Source: Nitrospirales bacterium (GTDB taxonomy: Bacteria > Nitrospirota > Nitrospiria > Nitrospirales > UBA8639). Taken from it: DNA of 24,000 nt. Location of the stretch: positions 2,845,066 through 2,869,065 of the forward strand of contig CBDFIV010000015.1 in NCBI GenBank assembly GCA_965248225.1. The letters are read 5' to 3'. Position numbers and translations under genes: made by a program. Positions 9,069 to 16,775 of this stretch are shown here, one piece after another (the stretch's first letter is position 1; every line of letters starts with the position of its first letter). The notes beneath the pieces were generated by a model. It had not been told where the DNA came from, searched no databases, and saw nothing but the letters and a program-made list of their open reading frames with translations.

Positions 9069-12000
9069 ATGATTGACTTATCTGCATTCAAACTTCGATC
9101 AACTAAAAAAGTTTGTTTCTATTTCATGTTCTCTTTATTCAGCACCCTTTTAGTAGGGATTGCTTATGGAGCAGTTCCTACTATGACAAGCCCCATACCC
9201 GGCACCACCTTTGCCGGTTCTTCCGTGACCTTTACCTGGACGCCTAATACGACCTCGGTGACCAAGTGGGCACTCGAGGGCGGTAGTGCCCTCGGCGTTG
9301 GAGACCTCTTTAATGATGGCGGGACACTAGGCACCAACACCACCTTCACCGCGACCAATCTCCCCACGGACGGGCGCACGATCTATATCCAGCTCTGGTA
9401 TCTGGCTAACGGGTCATGGGATGTGGCCCAGGTGCAATACACGGCGGCAACAACCCTCACTCCACCCAGCATGACCACTCCGACTCCAGGAGCTATCTTC
9501 CCCGGCGCTTCTGTCACTTTTGCCTGGTCGGCTAATGGTACCCCCGTGACCCAGTGGGCGCTCCAAGGGGGCAGTGCCTCCGGGGCCGGAGACCTCTTTA
9601 GCGATGGCGGCACTCTCGGCACCAACACCACCTTTGCGGCCACCAACCTCCCCGCTGACGGCCGCACGGTCTATGTGCAACTCTCCTACTTGACCGGGGG
9701 AGCTTGGGAGGTCATTGAGTATCAATACACGGCGGCAACAACCCTCACTCCACCCAGCATGACCACTCCGACTCCAGGAGCCATCTTCCCCGGCGCTTCT
9801 GTCACTTTTGCCTGGTCGGCTAATGGTACCCCCGTGACCCAGTGGGCGCTCCAAGGGGGCAGTGCCTCCGGGGCCGGAGACCTCTTTAGCGATGGCGGGA
9901 CCCTCGGCACCAACACCACCTTTACGGCCACCAACCTCCCCACTGACGGCCGCACGGTCTATGTGCAACTTTTCTATTTGACTGGAGGGTCTTGGGAAGT
10001 CATTGAGTATCAATATTCCGCAGCGGGGAGCCTCACCCCACCATCTATGACTACCCCCGCTCCCGGCACCTCATTTTTAGGCTCTTCGGTCACGTTTACC
10101 TGGATGCCCAATACCACCCCCGTGACCCAATGGGCCCTCCAAGGGGGCAGTACCTCTGGGGCCGGAGACCTCTTTAGCGATGGCGGCACTCTCGGCACCA
10201 ACACCACCTTTACGGCCACCAACCTCCCCGCTGACGGCCGCACGGTCTATGTGCAACTCTCCTACTTGACCGGGGGAGCTTGGGAGGTCATTGAGTATCA
10301 ATACACTGCGGCAACAACCCTCACTCCACCCAGCATGACCACTCCGGCTCCAGGAGCTATCTTCCCCGGCGCTTCTGTCACTTTTGCCTGGTCGGCTAAT
10401 GGTACCCCCGTGACCCAGTGGGCCCTCCAAGGGGGCAGTGCCTCCGGGGCCGGAGACCTCTTTAGCGATAGCGGGACCCTCGGCACCAACACCACCTTTA
10501 CGGCCACCAACCTCCCCACTGACGGCCGCACGGTCTATGTGCAACTTTTCTATTTGACTGGAGGGTCTTGGGAAGTCATTGAGTATCAATATTCCGCAGC
10601 GGGGAGCCTCACCCCACCATCTATGACTACCCCCGCTCCCGGCACCTCATTTTTAGGCTCTTCGGTCACGTTTACCTGGACGCCTAATACGACCCCGGTG
10701 ACCCAATGGGCCCTCCAAGGGGGCAGTACCTCTGGGGCCGGAGACCTCTTTAGCGATGGCGGCACTCTCGGCACCAACACCACCTTTACGGCCACCAACC
10801 TCCCCGCTGACGGCCGCACGGTCTATGTGCAACTCTCCTACTTGACCGGGGGAGCTTGGGAGGTCATTGAGTATCAATACACGGCGGCAACAACCCTCAC
10901 TCCACCCAGCATGACCACTCCGGCTCCAGGAGCTATCTTCCCCGGCGCTTCTGTCACTTTTGCCTGGTCGGCTAATGGTACCCCCGTGACCAAGTGGGCA
11001 CTCGAGGGCGGTAGTGCCCTCGGCGTTGGAGACCTCTTTAATGATGGCGGGACCCTCGGCACCAACACCACCTTTACGGCCACCAACCTCCCCACTGACG
11101 GCCGCACGATTTATATCCAACTCTGGTATCTGGCTAACGGGTCATGGGATGTGGCCCAGGTGCAATACACGGCGGCAACAACCCTCACTCCACCCAGCAT
11201 GACCACTCCGGCTCCAGGAGCTATCTTCCCCGGCGCTTCTGTTACTTTTGCCTGGTCGGCTAATGGTACCCCCGTGACCCAGTGGGCCCTCCAAGGGGGC
11301 AGTACCTCTGGGGCCGGAGACCTCTTTAGCGATGGCGGCACTCTCGGCACCAACACCACCTTTACGGCCACCAACCTCCCCGCTGACGGCCGCACGGTCT
11401 ATGTGCAACTCTCCTACTTGACCGGGGGAGCTTGGGAGGTCATTGAGTATCAATACACCGCGGCAACAACCCTCACTCCACCCAGCATGACCACTCCGGC
11501 TCCAGGAGCTATCTTCCCCGGCGCTTCTGTCACTTTTGCCTGGTCGGCTAATGGTACCCCCGTGACCAAGTGGGCACTCGAGGGCGGTAGTGCCCTCGGC
11601 GTTGGAGACCTCTTTAATGATGGCGGGACCCTCGGCACCAACACCACCTTTACGGCCACCAACCTCCCCACTGACGGCCGCACGATTTATATCCAACTCT
11701 GGTATCTGGCTAACGGGTCATGGGATGTGGCCCAGGTGCAATACACGGCGGCATTAAGCGGAATAGCCATTAGCTCACCTGTTGAATCGGCCCTGCTCAC
11801 TTCGGGGAATCTGACAGTTCAAGCAACCGCCTCGGGGTTCCCTTCCAATTGGGGTGTTGAATTTGTTGTGGATGGTGACGAAGTTAATTCCGTTACTGAT
11901 TTTTTCGCTCCCTTCGAATTACCGTTGACGAACTTGTCACTTGCCGAACATAACGTCACCGTATACATGGTCGATCAAAATAGCATTCGCCAGCCAGCCA

Positions 12001-12752
12001 ATACTGCCAGTGTGGAATTCGGTATTGGCGACTATTATGTGGGATTTGGCGATAGTATTACATACGGGGTTGGCGATGACCTTGCATCTGATGATGTCTC
12101 TAATGATGGTCGAAATACAGGTGGGGGCTTCACTCCAATTTTAAATGACCTGCTCACAAATGCCAAAGGATATCCCCATACTGTAGAAAACGAAACGATC
12201 CCGGGCTACGAAGCAGGTGATGGATTGGCCGTGATTAATAATGCACTCACGGTTCACCCTGACTCCCAGTATTTCTTGATTCTATTTGGCACGAATGATT
12301 CTACCCCACCGATGGCAGTGCCTAGTGGGTTAGACCTTCACCCAGGTGACGGAGGGTATCCCGGTTCATTTAAAGATAATATGAAACAAATTATTGATGC
12401 GGTTAAGGCGACAGGGAAATATCCTCTCTTGTCAAAGGTCCCAATTCGCTATGCGGATTGCTCCATCATCGGGCAATGTAATTCATACCCGAATCCAGCC
12501 ACAGCACAAGCAAACCTCGACATTCAAGAATATAACTTGGTCGTTGAGCAGTTAATCCTTGAAAATAATCTTGAGTTTGACCCCATAAACCTTCCAGGAA
12601 ACTTACTTACTGCTCCGGACTTATACACCTATTTTGAAGGAACTGGACTTGATGGACTTGGCAAGTCTCCTGAGTTCTATGATTGGCTTCATCCTAACGG
12701 AGTTGGGTATCAAGCGCTCTCGAACTTATGGTTAAACGCGCTGACTCAATAA
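9069..12752 (+). CDS. Secreted or cell-surface protein: signal peptide, nine 96-aa tandem beta-sandwich-like modules, an Ig-like segment, and a C-terminal SGNH/GDSL hydrolase domain
   Basis: 1227-aa ORF. N-terminus is KLRSTKKVCFYFMFSLFSTLLVGIAYGA. Repeats are listed under 9162..11753. The C-terminal domain carries SGNH blocks GFGDSITYG (Ser at about 12054), LILFGTNDS and YDWLHPNGVGY. Confidence 0.9.
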   Translation: MIDLSAFKLRSTKKVCFYFMFSLFSTLLVGIAYGAVPTMTSPIPGTTFAGSSVTFTWTPNTTSVTKWALEGGSALGVGDLFNDGGTLGTNTTFTATNLPTDGRTIYIQLWYLANGSWDVAQVQYTAATTLTPPSMTTPTPGAIFPGASVTFAWSANGTPVTQWALQGGSASGAGDLFSDGGTLGTNTTFAATNLPADGRTVYVQLSYLTGGAWEVIEYQYTAATTLTPPSMTTPTPGAIFPGASVTFAWSANGTPVTQWALQGGSASGAGDLFSDGGTLGTNTTFTATNLPTDGRTVYVQLFYLTGGSWEVIEYQYSAAGSLTPPSMTTPAPGTSFLGSSVTFTWMPNTTPVTQWALQGGSTSGAGDLFSDGGTLGTNTTFTATNLPADGRTVYVQLSYLTGGAWEVIEYQYTAATTLTPPSMTTPAPGAIFPGASVTFAWSANGTPVTQWALQGGSASGAGDLFSDSGTLGTNTTFTATNLPTDGRTVYVQLFYLTGGSWEVIEYQYSAAGSLTPPSMTTPAPGTSFLGSSVTFTWTPNTTPVTQWALQGGSTSGAGDLFSDGGTLGTNTTFTATNLPADGRTVYVQLSYLTGGAWEVIEYQYTAATTLTPPSMTTPAPGAIFPGASVTFAWSANGTPVTKWALEGGSALGVGDLFNDGGTLGTNTTFTATNLPTDGRTIYIQLWYLANGSWDVAQVQYTAATTLTPPSMTTPAPGAIFPGASVTFAWSANGTPVTQWALQGGSTSGAGDLFSDGGTLGTNTTFTATNLPADGRTVYVQLSYLTGGAWEVIEYQYTAATTLTPPSMTTPAPGAIFPGASVTFAWSANGTPVTKWALEGGSALGVGDLFNDGGTLGTNTTFTATNLPTDGRTIYIQLWYLANGSWDVAQVQYTAALSGIAISSPVESALLTSGNLTVQATASGFPSNWGVEFVVDGDEVNSVTDFFAPFELPLTNLSLAEHNVTVYMVDQNSIRQPANTASVEFGIGDYYVGFGDSITYGVGDDLASDDVSNDGRNTGGGFTPILNDLLTNAKGYPHTVENETIPGYEAGDGLAVINNALTVHPDSQYFLILFGTNDSTPPMAVPSGLDLHPGDGGYPGSFKDNMKQIIDAVKATGKYPLLSKVPIRYADCSIIGQCNSYPNPATAQANLDIQEYNLVVEQLILENNLEFDPINLPGNLLTAPDLYTYFEGTGLDGLGKSPEFYDWLHPNGVGYQALSNLWLNALTQ
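9162..11753 (+). repeat. Nine in-frame tandem repeats of 288 bp (96 aa) inside the 1227-aa gene
   Basis: Unit boundaries (at the ACA ACC CTC ACT CCA codons) are 9450, 9738, 10026, 10314, 10602, 10890, 11178 and 11466. Consensus is TPPSMTTPAPGxxFxGxSVTFxWxxNxTPVTxWALxGGSxxGxGDLFxDGGTLGTNTTFTATNLPxDGRTxYxQLxYLxxGxWxVxxxQYxAA. Confidence 0.95.
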
Positions 12753-12769
12753 ATAAAATACGAGGGAAT

Positions 12770-13168
12770 ATGAAATACGTCTTCCACATACTACAATCGT
12801 TTTTTTTACTATTTATCCTGAATAACGTAACACTTGCACATGCCGAAGAGCCATCAGACACTGTCCTTCTGTACTTTGAGTCAATTCGAAATGGAGATGT
12901 TGAAAATATTAAGTCGTTTTTGGGTGGGAACCTATTAAAGAAACGAAAAGTTTTACTGGAAGAGAATGAAAAATATTCAGATTTCCTTCGAGATAGATTT
13001 GGTGAAGCTAAATTTACAGTAGAAGGGTCTCCGAAAAATATGACGGATACAACACGAAGTGTATTAGTAAGGATATCATTTAATGACGGCACCTCTATTT
13101 ATACAAATATGGTTGTACAAGAAACTGTACCAGGAGGCTGGAAAATCGTCGATCAATTACAAAATTAA
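12770..13168 (+). CDS. Small secreted protein, NTF2-like / DUF4878-like
   Basis: The ATG at 12770 has GAGGGA 4 nt upstream and lies 17 nt after the stop of the repeat protein. Signal peptide is MKYVFHILQSFFLLFILNNVTLAHA. The mature part begins EEPSDTVLLYFESIRNGDVENIKSFL, which is typical of DUF4878-type proteins. The longer track ORF from 12728 is probably an over-extension. Confidence 0.7.
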   Translation: MKYVFHILQSFFLLFILNNVTLAHAEEPSDTVLLYFESIRNGDVENIKSFLGGNLLKKRKVLLEENEKYSDFLRDRFGEAKFTVEGSPKNMTDTTRSVLVRISFNDGTSIYTNMVVQETVPGGWKIVDQLQN

Positions 13169-13272
13169 ACCAGCCTAACTTTCCGCTCCAATCATCTTTA
13201 TCTCGAAAAATTAGGAAGAAGCCATTTCCCAAGATGAATAATGACTTAATCTGCGCTCATTGCATTTTCCTC

Positions 13273-13275
13273 TAG
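13273..13275. repeat. TAG target-site duplication (left) of IS3 copy 2
   Basis: TAG lies directly outside both termini of the element (13273..13275 and 16841..16843). A 3-bp duplication is typical of many IS3-family members. Confidence 0.6.
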
Positions 13276-13339
13276 AGAGGTGGTCCCACTTCATTGGACA
13301 GGTTTGCGGCCAAGTTAAGCTACAATTCATTGGTTGATG

Positions 13340-13818
13340 TTATGCCGCAAGTTTCTTCTCTTCAGGGGTGGGCCTCTGAAGGTGCGAACGATGATACACC
13401 TCATCCGGAGTTTGGCCATCGAACGTCGAATGCGGCCGTGTTTGGTTGTAATGACTGAACCATGCACTAATCTGTTGGCGCGCTTGAGTGCCCGTTTCAA
13501 AGGCCTGCAGGTACACACATTCATATTTCAAGCTCCGCCACAGTCGTTCGATAAACACATTATCCACCCACCGGCCTTTGCCATCCATCGAAATCTTGAT
13601 CTCGTGGTCTTTCAGCACAGCAGTGAACTCACACGACGTAAATTGCGATCCTTGATCGGTGTTGAAGATGTCCGGCACGCCATACTGCGCCAGGGCTTCT
13701 TCCAGGGCTTCCACACAAAACAGCGTCTCCATCGTATTGGACAAACGCCAGGCAAGGACTTTGCGGCTCTGCCAATCCATAATCGCCACCAGATAGAGGA
13801 ACCCGCGCTTGATCGGAA
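13340..13818 (-). CDS. IS3 OrfB (DDE integrase core) 3' exon
   Basis: (L)PIKRGFLYLVAIMDWQSRKVLAWRLSNTMETLFCVEALEEALAQYGVPDIFNTDQGSQFTS...DGKGRWVDNVFIERLWRSLKYECVYL...YNQTRPHSTFDGQTPDEVY. This is the classic rve-type integrase core. Confidence 0.9.
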
Positions 13819-13871
13819 GTAGAGTAAGAAGCAGGGCGTAGTCATTCGCTATTTCCCTGCTTCTCCTCCCC

Positions 13872-13905
13872 GAACCATACGTGCGCCTCTCAGCGCATAC
13901 AGCTC
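13872..13905 (-). ncRNA. Group II intron domain V (copy 2)
   Basis: GAGCUGUAUGCGCU-GAGA-GGCGCACGUAUGGUUC. A 34-nt hairpin lying 6 nt downstream of the IEP stop codon. Confidence 0.85.
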
Positions 13906-13911
13906 TCCCCC

Positions 13912-15438
13912 TCAAGCATGCGTCATAGCCATGGCGACCTCGCGGTATCGTGACGTGAGCGTTTTGCGGTCTGGAGCCGAGTTCAGATAGGGATTCTCCA
14001 ATGGATTACGCCATCGGAATTGCTGCTTTCGGCTGGTGACCAGCCGACGCAGGGCAATCCCACACCGAGTCCCATTCCCGCTCCGGCCAAAGAGGTGCCA
14101 GGTCTTGGCTTGCCCTTCGCCCGGTCGCTTCACGTATTGCCGCATCAGTGATGTGATCGATGTTTTGTACTTACGAGCCAGCCAATGTGCCAGCTTCCAG
14201 AACACGAGGCGATCCAGATGCTGGTACACCTTGGCGGTGTAATCCGTGTACTGATGGAAGTTGGCCCAGCCAGCAAGTTGCCGGTTCAGCCTTTCCACCA
14301 TATCGATCTTGTTCACATGGTCGTTGCCGGAGAGTGCCGCGGTCAACTGACGTGCTAGACCTCGGCTCTTCTCCTTGGGAATAGTCGAAACCGGGCGCAT
14401 CATTCCCCGTGGCCCCCGTTTGCGAATAATCCGGTGCCCCAGGAAGGTGAATCCGTCGTTGACATGTGTGATATGGGTTTTGGCCATATTCAACGTCAGC
14501 TTCAGCGTCCCTTCCAGGACCGCTCGGCATTCCTCGCGGATCGCCTCGGCATGATGCTTGTTCCCTTTCACGATGACCACAAAGTCATCGGCATATCGGC
14601 AGTAAGCAACAGCCGGTTTCCATTGGCGATTCTCGCGAATCGTAATGGGCCGACCGTGCTGGATGCCAAAATTCCATGCCCAGCGGTCCTTTCGGGCCTT
14701 CTGGCTCAGGTAGTTCGCCTCCAAGTACGCATCAAACTCATGGAGCATGATGTTGGAGAGGAGGGGTGAAAGCACTCCTCCTTGCGGCACACCTTCGCTC
14801 GCTGCCCGGAACAGGCCACGATCAACATGGCCCGCTTTGATGAATCGCCAGAGCAGGGACAGGAATCGCCTGTCCCGGATTCGCTTCCGCACGCTGCGCA
14901 TCAGCCGCCGATGGTGCACCGTCTCAAAGTAGCTGGCCAAGTCGCCTTCGACCACCCAGCGGCCTTTGGCCTCGGTACTATCTAGCAGCTGAAACTTCAC
15001 GGTCCGTATCGCATGATGCACGCTCCGCTGAGGCCGGAAACCATAGGAGTTGCGATGAAAATCGCTTTCCCAGATTGGCTCCATGGCCATCAACATGGCG
15101 CGTTGCACGAGACGGTCGCGTAGCGTGGGTATTCCCAGGGGTCGTGGCTTGCCGTTGGCCTTCGAAATCAAGACCCGTCGAGCCGGTGCGGGTTGATAGT
15201 CACCGGCCAGGAGTTCCGCGCGAATGCGCGCAAGCTCCTGTGCTAGGACCGCCTCCAGTTTCGATTTGTCCATTCCGTCGATGCCTGGTGACTTGGCGCC
15301 TGAAGACGCCAAGGTCACGCGAGCCGCCTCGGCCAGCCAGACCGGATGAGCAATCAGCCGAATCAGACGGTCGAACTTCCGTTCGTCGTCTGCGTCCGAC
15401 CACGTCGCCAGCTTGCGTTGCATTTCGCTGATTCTCAA
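13912..15438 (-). CDS. Group II intron-encoded reverse transcriptase/maturase (no recognisable HNH endonuclease domain)
   Basis: 508 aa. RT blocks present: KANGKPRPLGIPTLRDRLVQ, SYGFRPQRSVHHA, VVEGDLASYFETV, GVPQGGVLSPLLSNIML, RYADDFVVIV (YADD active site). The maturase/X region is LNRQLAGWANFHQYTDY. The ORF ends about 70 aa later with no Cys/His-rich En motif. Confidence 0.92.
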   Translation of the reverse strand: MRISEMQRKLATWSDADDERKFDRLIRLIAHPVWLAEAARVTLASSGAKSPGIDGMDKSKLEAVLAQELARIRAELLAGDYQPAPARRVLISKANGKPRPLGIPTLRDRLVQRAMLMAMEPIWESDFHRNSYGFRPQRSVHHAIRTVKFQLLDSTEAKGRWVVEGDLASYFETVHHRRLMRSVRKRIRDRRFLSLLWRFIKAGHVDRGLFRAASEGVPQGGVLSPLLSNIMLHEFDAYLEANYLSQKARKDRWAWNFGIQHGRPITIRENRQWKPAVAYCRYADDFVVIVKGNKHHAEAIREECRAVLEGTLKLTLNMAKTHITHVNDGFTFLGHRIIRKRGPRGMMRPVSTIPKEKSRGLARQLTAALSGNDHVNKIDMVERLNRQLAGWANFHQYTDYTAKVYQHLDRLVFWKLAHWLARKYKTSITSLMRQYVKRPGEGQAKTWHLFGRSGNGTRCGIALRRLVTSRKQQFRWRNPLENPYLNSAPDRKTLTSRYREVAMAMTHA

Positions 15439-16101
15439 AGGTCTTCACCTCTCTACGGGCAGCTAATCAACCCCGCAAGGTACTTGAGCTGCTCCCCTTC
15501 GCCCTGTAACAGGCTTTCCCTGTCTCTGACTACTACGGGAGCTCCGCCAACGATGGGGGCCTCAGAGTCGCACTTCCTTGCCATCCCCTCCATCGCTTTC
15601 CCCAGTTCACATGTATGGACTCACGCATGCGGGGGAGGGTGCCGATCGCAGTCTTTATCCTTGCTTGCCGCAAGTCGTCACAGACGCCGCGTGCTAGCTA
15701 CGCACTCCACTCGGCTGGATGGCGGCACGGCTACATCTCGCCTCGCCACCCGATAGCAGCCCATACATCTGTCTGCTCTCTGTCCGTGAACCTCCTGGTA
15801 AGTCGTGTAGGAGATGGTGACATTTCAACCCACAGACGCGCATCAACCGGTTCGTGTTCCTCAACCTTCCCACACTTAGCCTAGAGACGCATCTTGGCGT
15901 AACGACTTCGCCTCACGTCCCGTTTCCCACGGGCTTCGTCACCCTGCCAGTGCACAGCAGGCCACCGCCGCTTCGGCTCTCACTCTTCCGTAGCGAAGAG
16001 CGGGTATCGGACTGATCCTTCCTATGATTCGTCCGACTACATTCCACACATGTTCGCGCTTCGGTGATGTCGTCCATGACATGTCCGAAGGCTGGGCGCA
16101 C

Positions 16102-16513
16102 GATACGTGATGTCGGTGCACCACACCTGATTCGCTCGTGTGACCGCCAGATTCCGCAACAGATACGGATAAATCCGATGCTGCAGGTGAGGCTGACTGG
16201 TGCGCGGTTCCTGATAAATCGCGTGCAAGCCCATCAAGCGGCGTACTCGGTGCCGCCCCACGTTCTGCCCCTGTCGTCGCAACCAGCGGGCCATCTGACA
16301 GCTGCCGTAATAAGGCGTGGCTAAAAACTGTTCATCGATCAATTGCATCAGCTTGAGGTTCAGCGGGGTTGCCCCTTTTGGCTCATAATACCAGCCAGAG
16401 CGGCTGATGGAGAGCAACTGACATTGCGTCGTGATGCTGAGTTGCTTGTTGGCTGGCTCGACCATTTCGTGCCGCCTCCTCACCCCAAGCGGTTGGAGGC
16501 ATCGACTAAAAAA
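16102..16513 (-). CDS. IS3 OrfB 5' exon (copy 2), entered by -1 frameshift from OrfA
   Basis: The frame is open from the slippery site. Encodes ...RRRHEMVEPANKQLSITTQCQLLSISRSGWYYEPKGATPLNLKLMQLIDEQFLATPYYGSCQMARWLRRQGQNVGRHRVRRLM...ANQVWCTDITY. The track ORF 16037..16483 reads through 21 codons of intron before stopping. Confidence 0.85.
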
Positions 16514-16775
16514 TCCCGTTCCACACTCAGTTGGCCAATTTTGGCGTGCAGCTCATGGATGTGCGCCGCTTGCTCGGTGTGGCTCTTCTCATGCTTTCCG
16601 GAAAAACCCGCCTCCATTGAGGCGAGGGCTTCACGTTTCCACCGATGAATGACGGTGGCATGCACACGCCATATTTTATCGCTAGCTCCGAGATCGGCGC
16701 GTCTTCCCTGAGCGCAGACACCGCGACTTTCGCCTTGAAATTCGCAGGATGATTCTTTCGAGTTCGACTCATCAT
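16480..16775 (-). CDS. IS3 OrfA (copy 2), with the same internal frame break as copy 1
   Basis: See 3586..3881. The frame switch is at about 16662..16668 (plus-strand GCACACGCC). Confidence 0.7.
16507..16513 (-). promoter_or_regulatory. Putative -1 frameshift heptamer U UUU UUA linking OrfA and OrfB of the IS3 element
   Basis: Minus strand reads GAT TTT TTA GTC in the OrfA frame. The -1 frame stays open from here into the OrfB frame (TTT TTT AGT CGA TGC...). Confidence 0.55.

Larger units (their letters stand above)
13819..16101 (-). mobile_element. Group II intron, copy 2 (intact, 2283 nt)
   Basis: 5' end is GTGCG at 16101..16097 (minus). 3' end is ...CTAC at 13819. Domain V is at 13905..13872. 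The domain VI helix (GAGGAGAAGCAGGG / CCCTGCTTCTtACTC) has a bulged A at 13825, 7 nt from the 3' end. The RT/maturase ORF occupies the domain IV position. Confidence 0.9.

Noticed and set aside
9164-11696. Many long minus-strand ORFs (77-199 aa, for example 9414..10013 and 11142..11696) running antisense through the repeat array
   Set aside because: They recur once per repeat because the array is GC-rich and periodic. Their translations are Arg/Gly/Pro-rich low-complexity strings. The plus-strand frame is a single uninterrupted 1227-aa ORF with a signal peptide and a recognisable SGNH domain.
9162-11753. CRISPR-like regular repeats
   Set aside because: The units are 288 bp, directly abutting with no spacers, and in frame within a protein-coding gene.
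9069-15438. Diversity-generating retroelement idea: a reverse transcriptase close to a variable repeat protein
   Set aside because: The RT is unambiguously a group II intron IEP: it lies inside GUGCG...AC ends with domains V and VI, and it sits within an IS. Differences between repeat units are cassette-like recombination patterns, not adenine-specific substitutions against a template repeat.
15346-15884. ORFs of 89-136 aa on the plus strand (also 2452..2990) and 61-62 aa on the minus strand (15913..16124, 3019..3230) inside the intron 5' region
   Set aside because: They lie in group II intron domains I-III (structured RNA). Their translations are Ser/Arg/Pro-rich with no recognisable motif.
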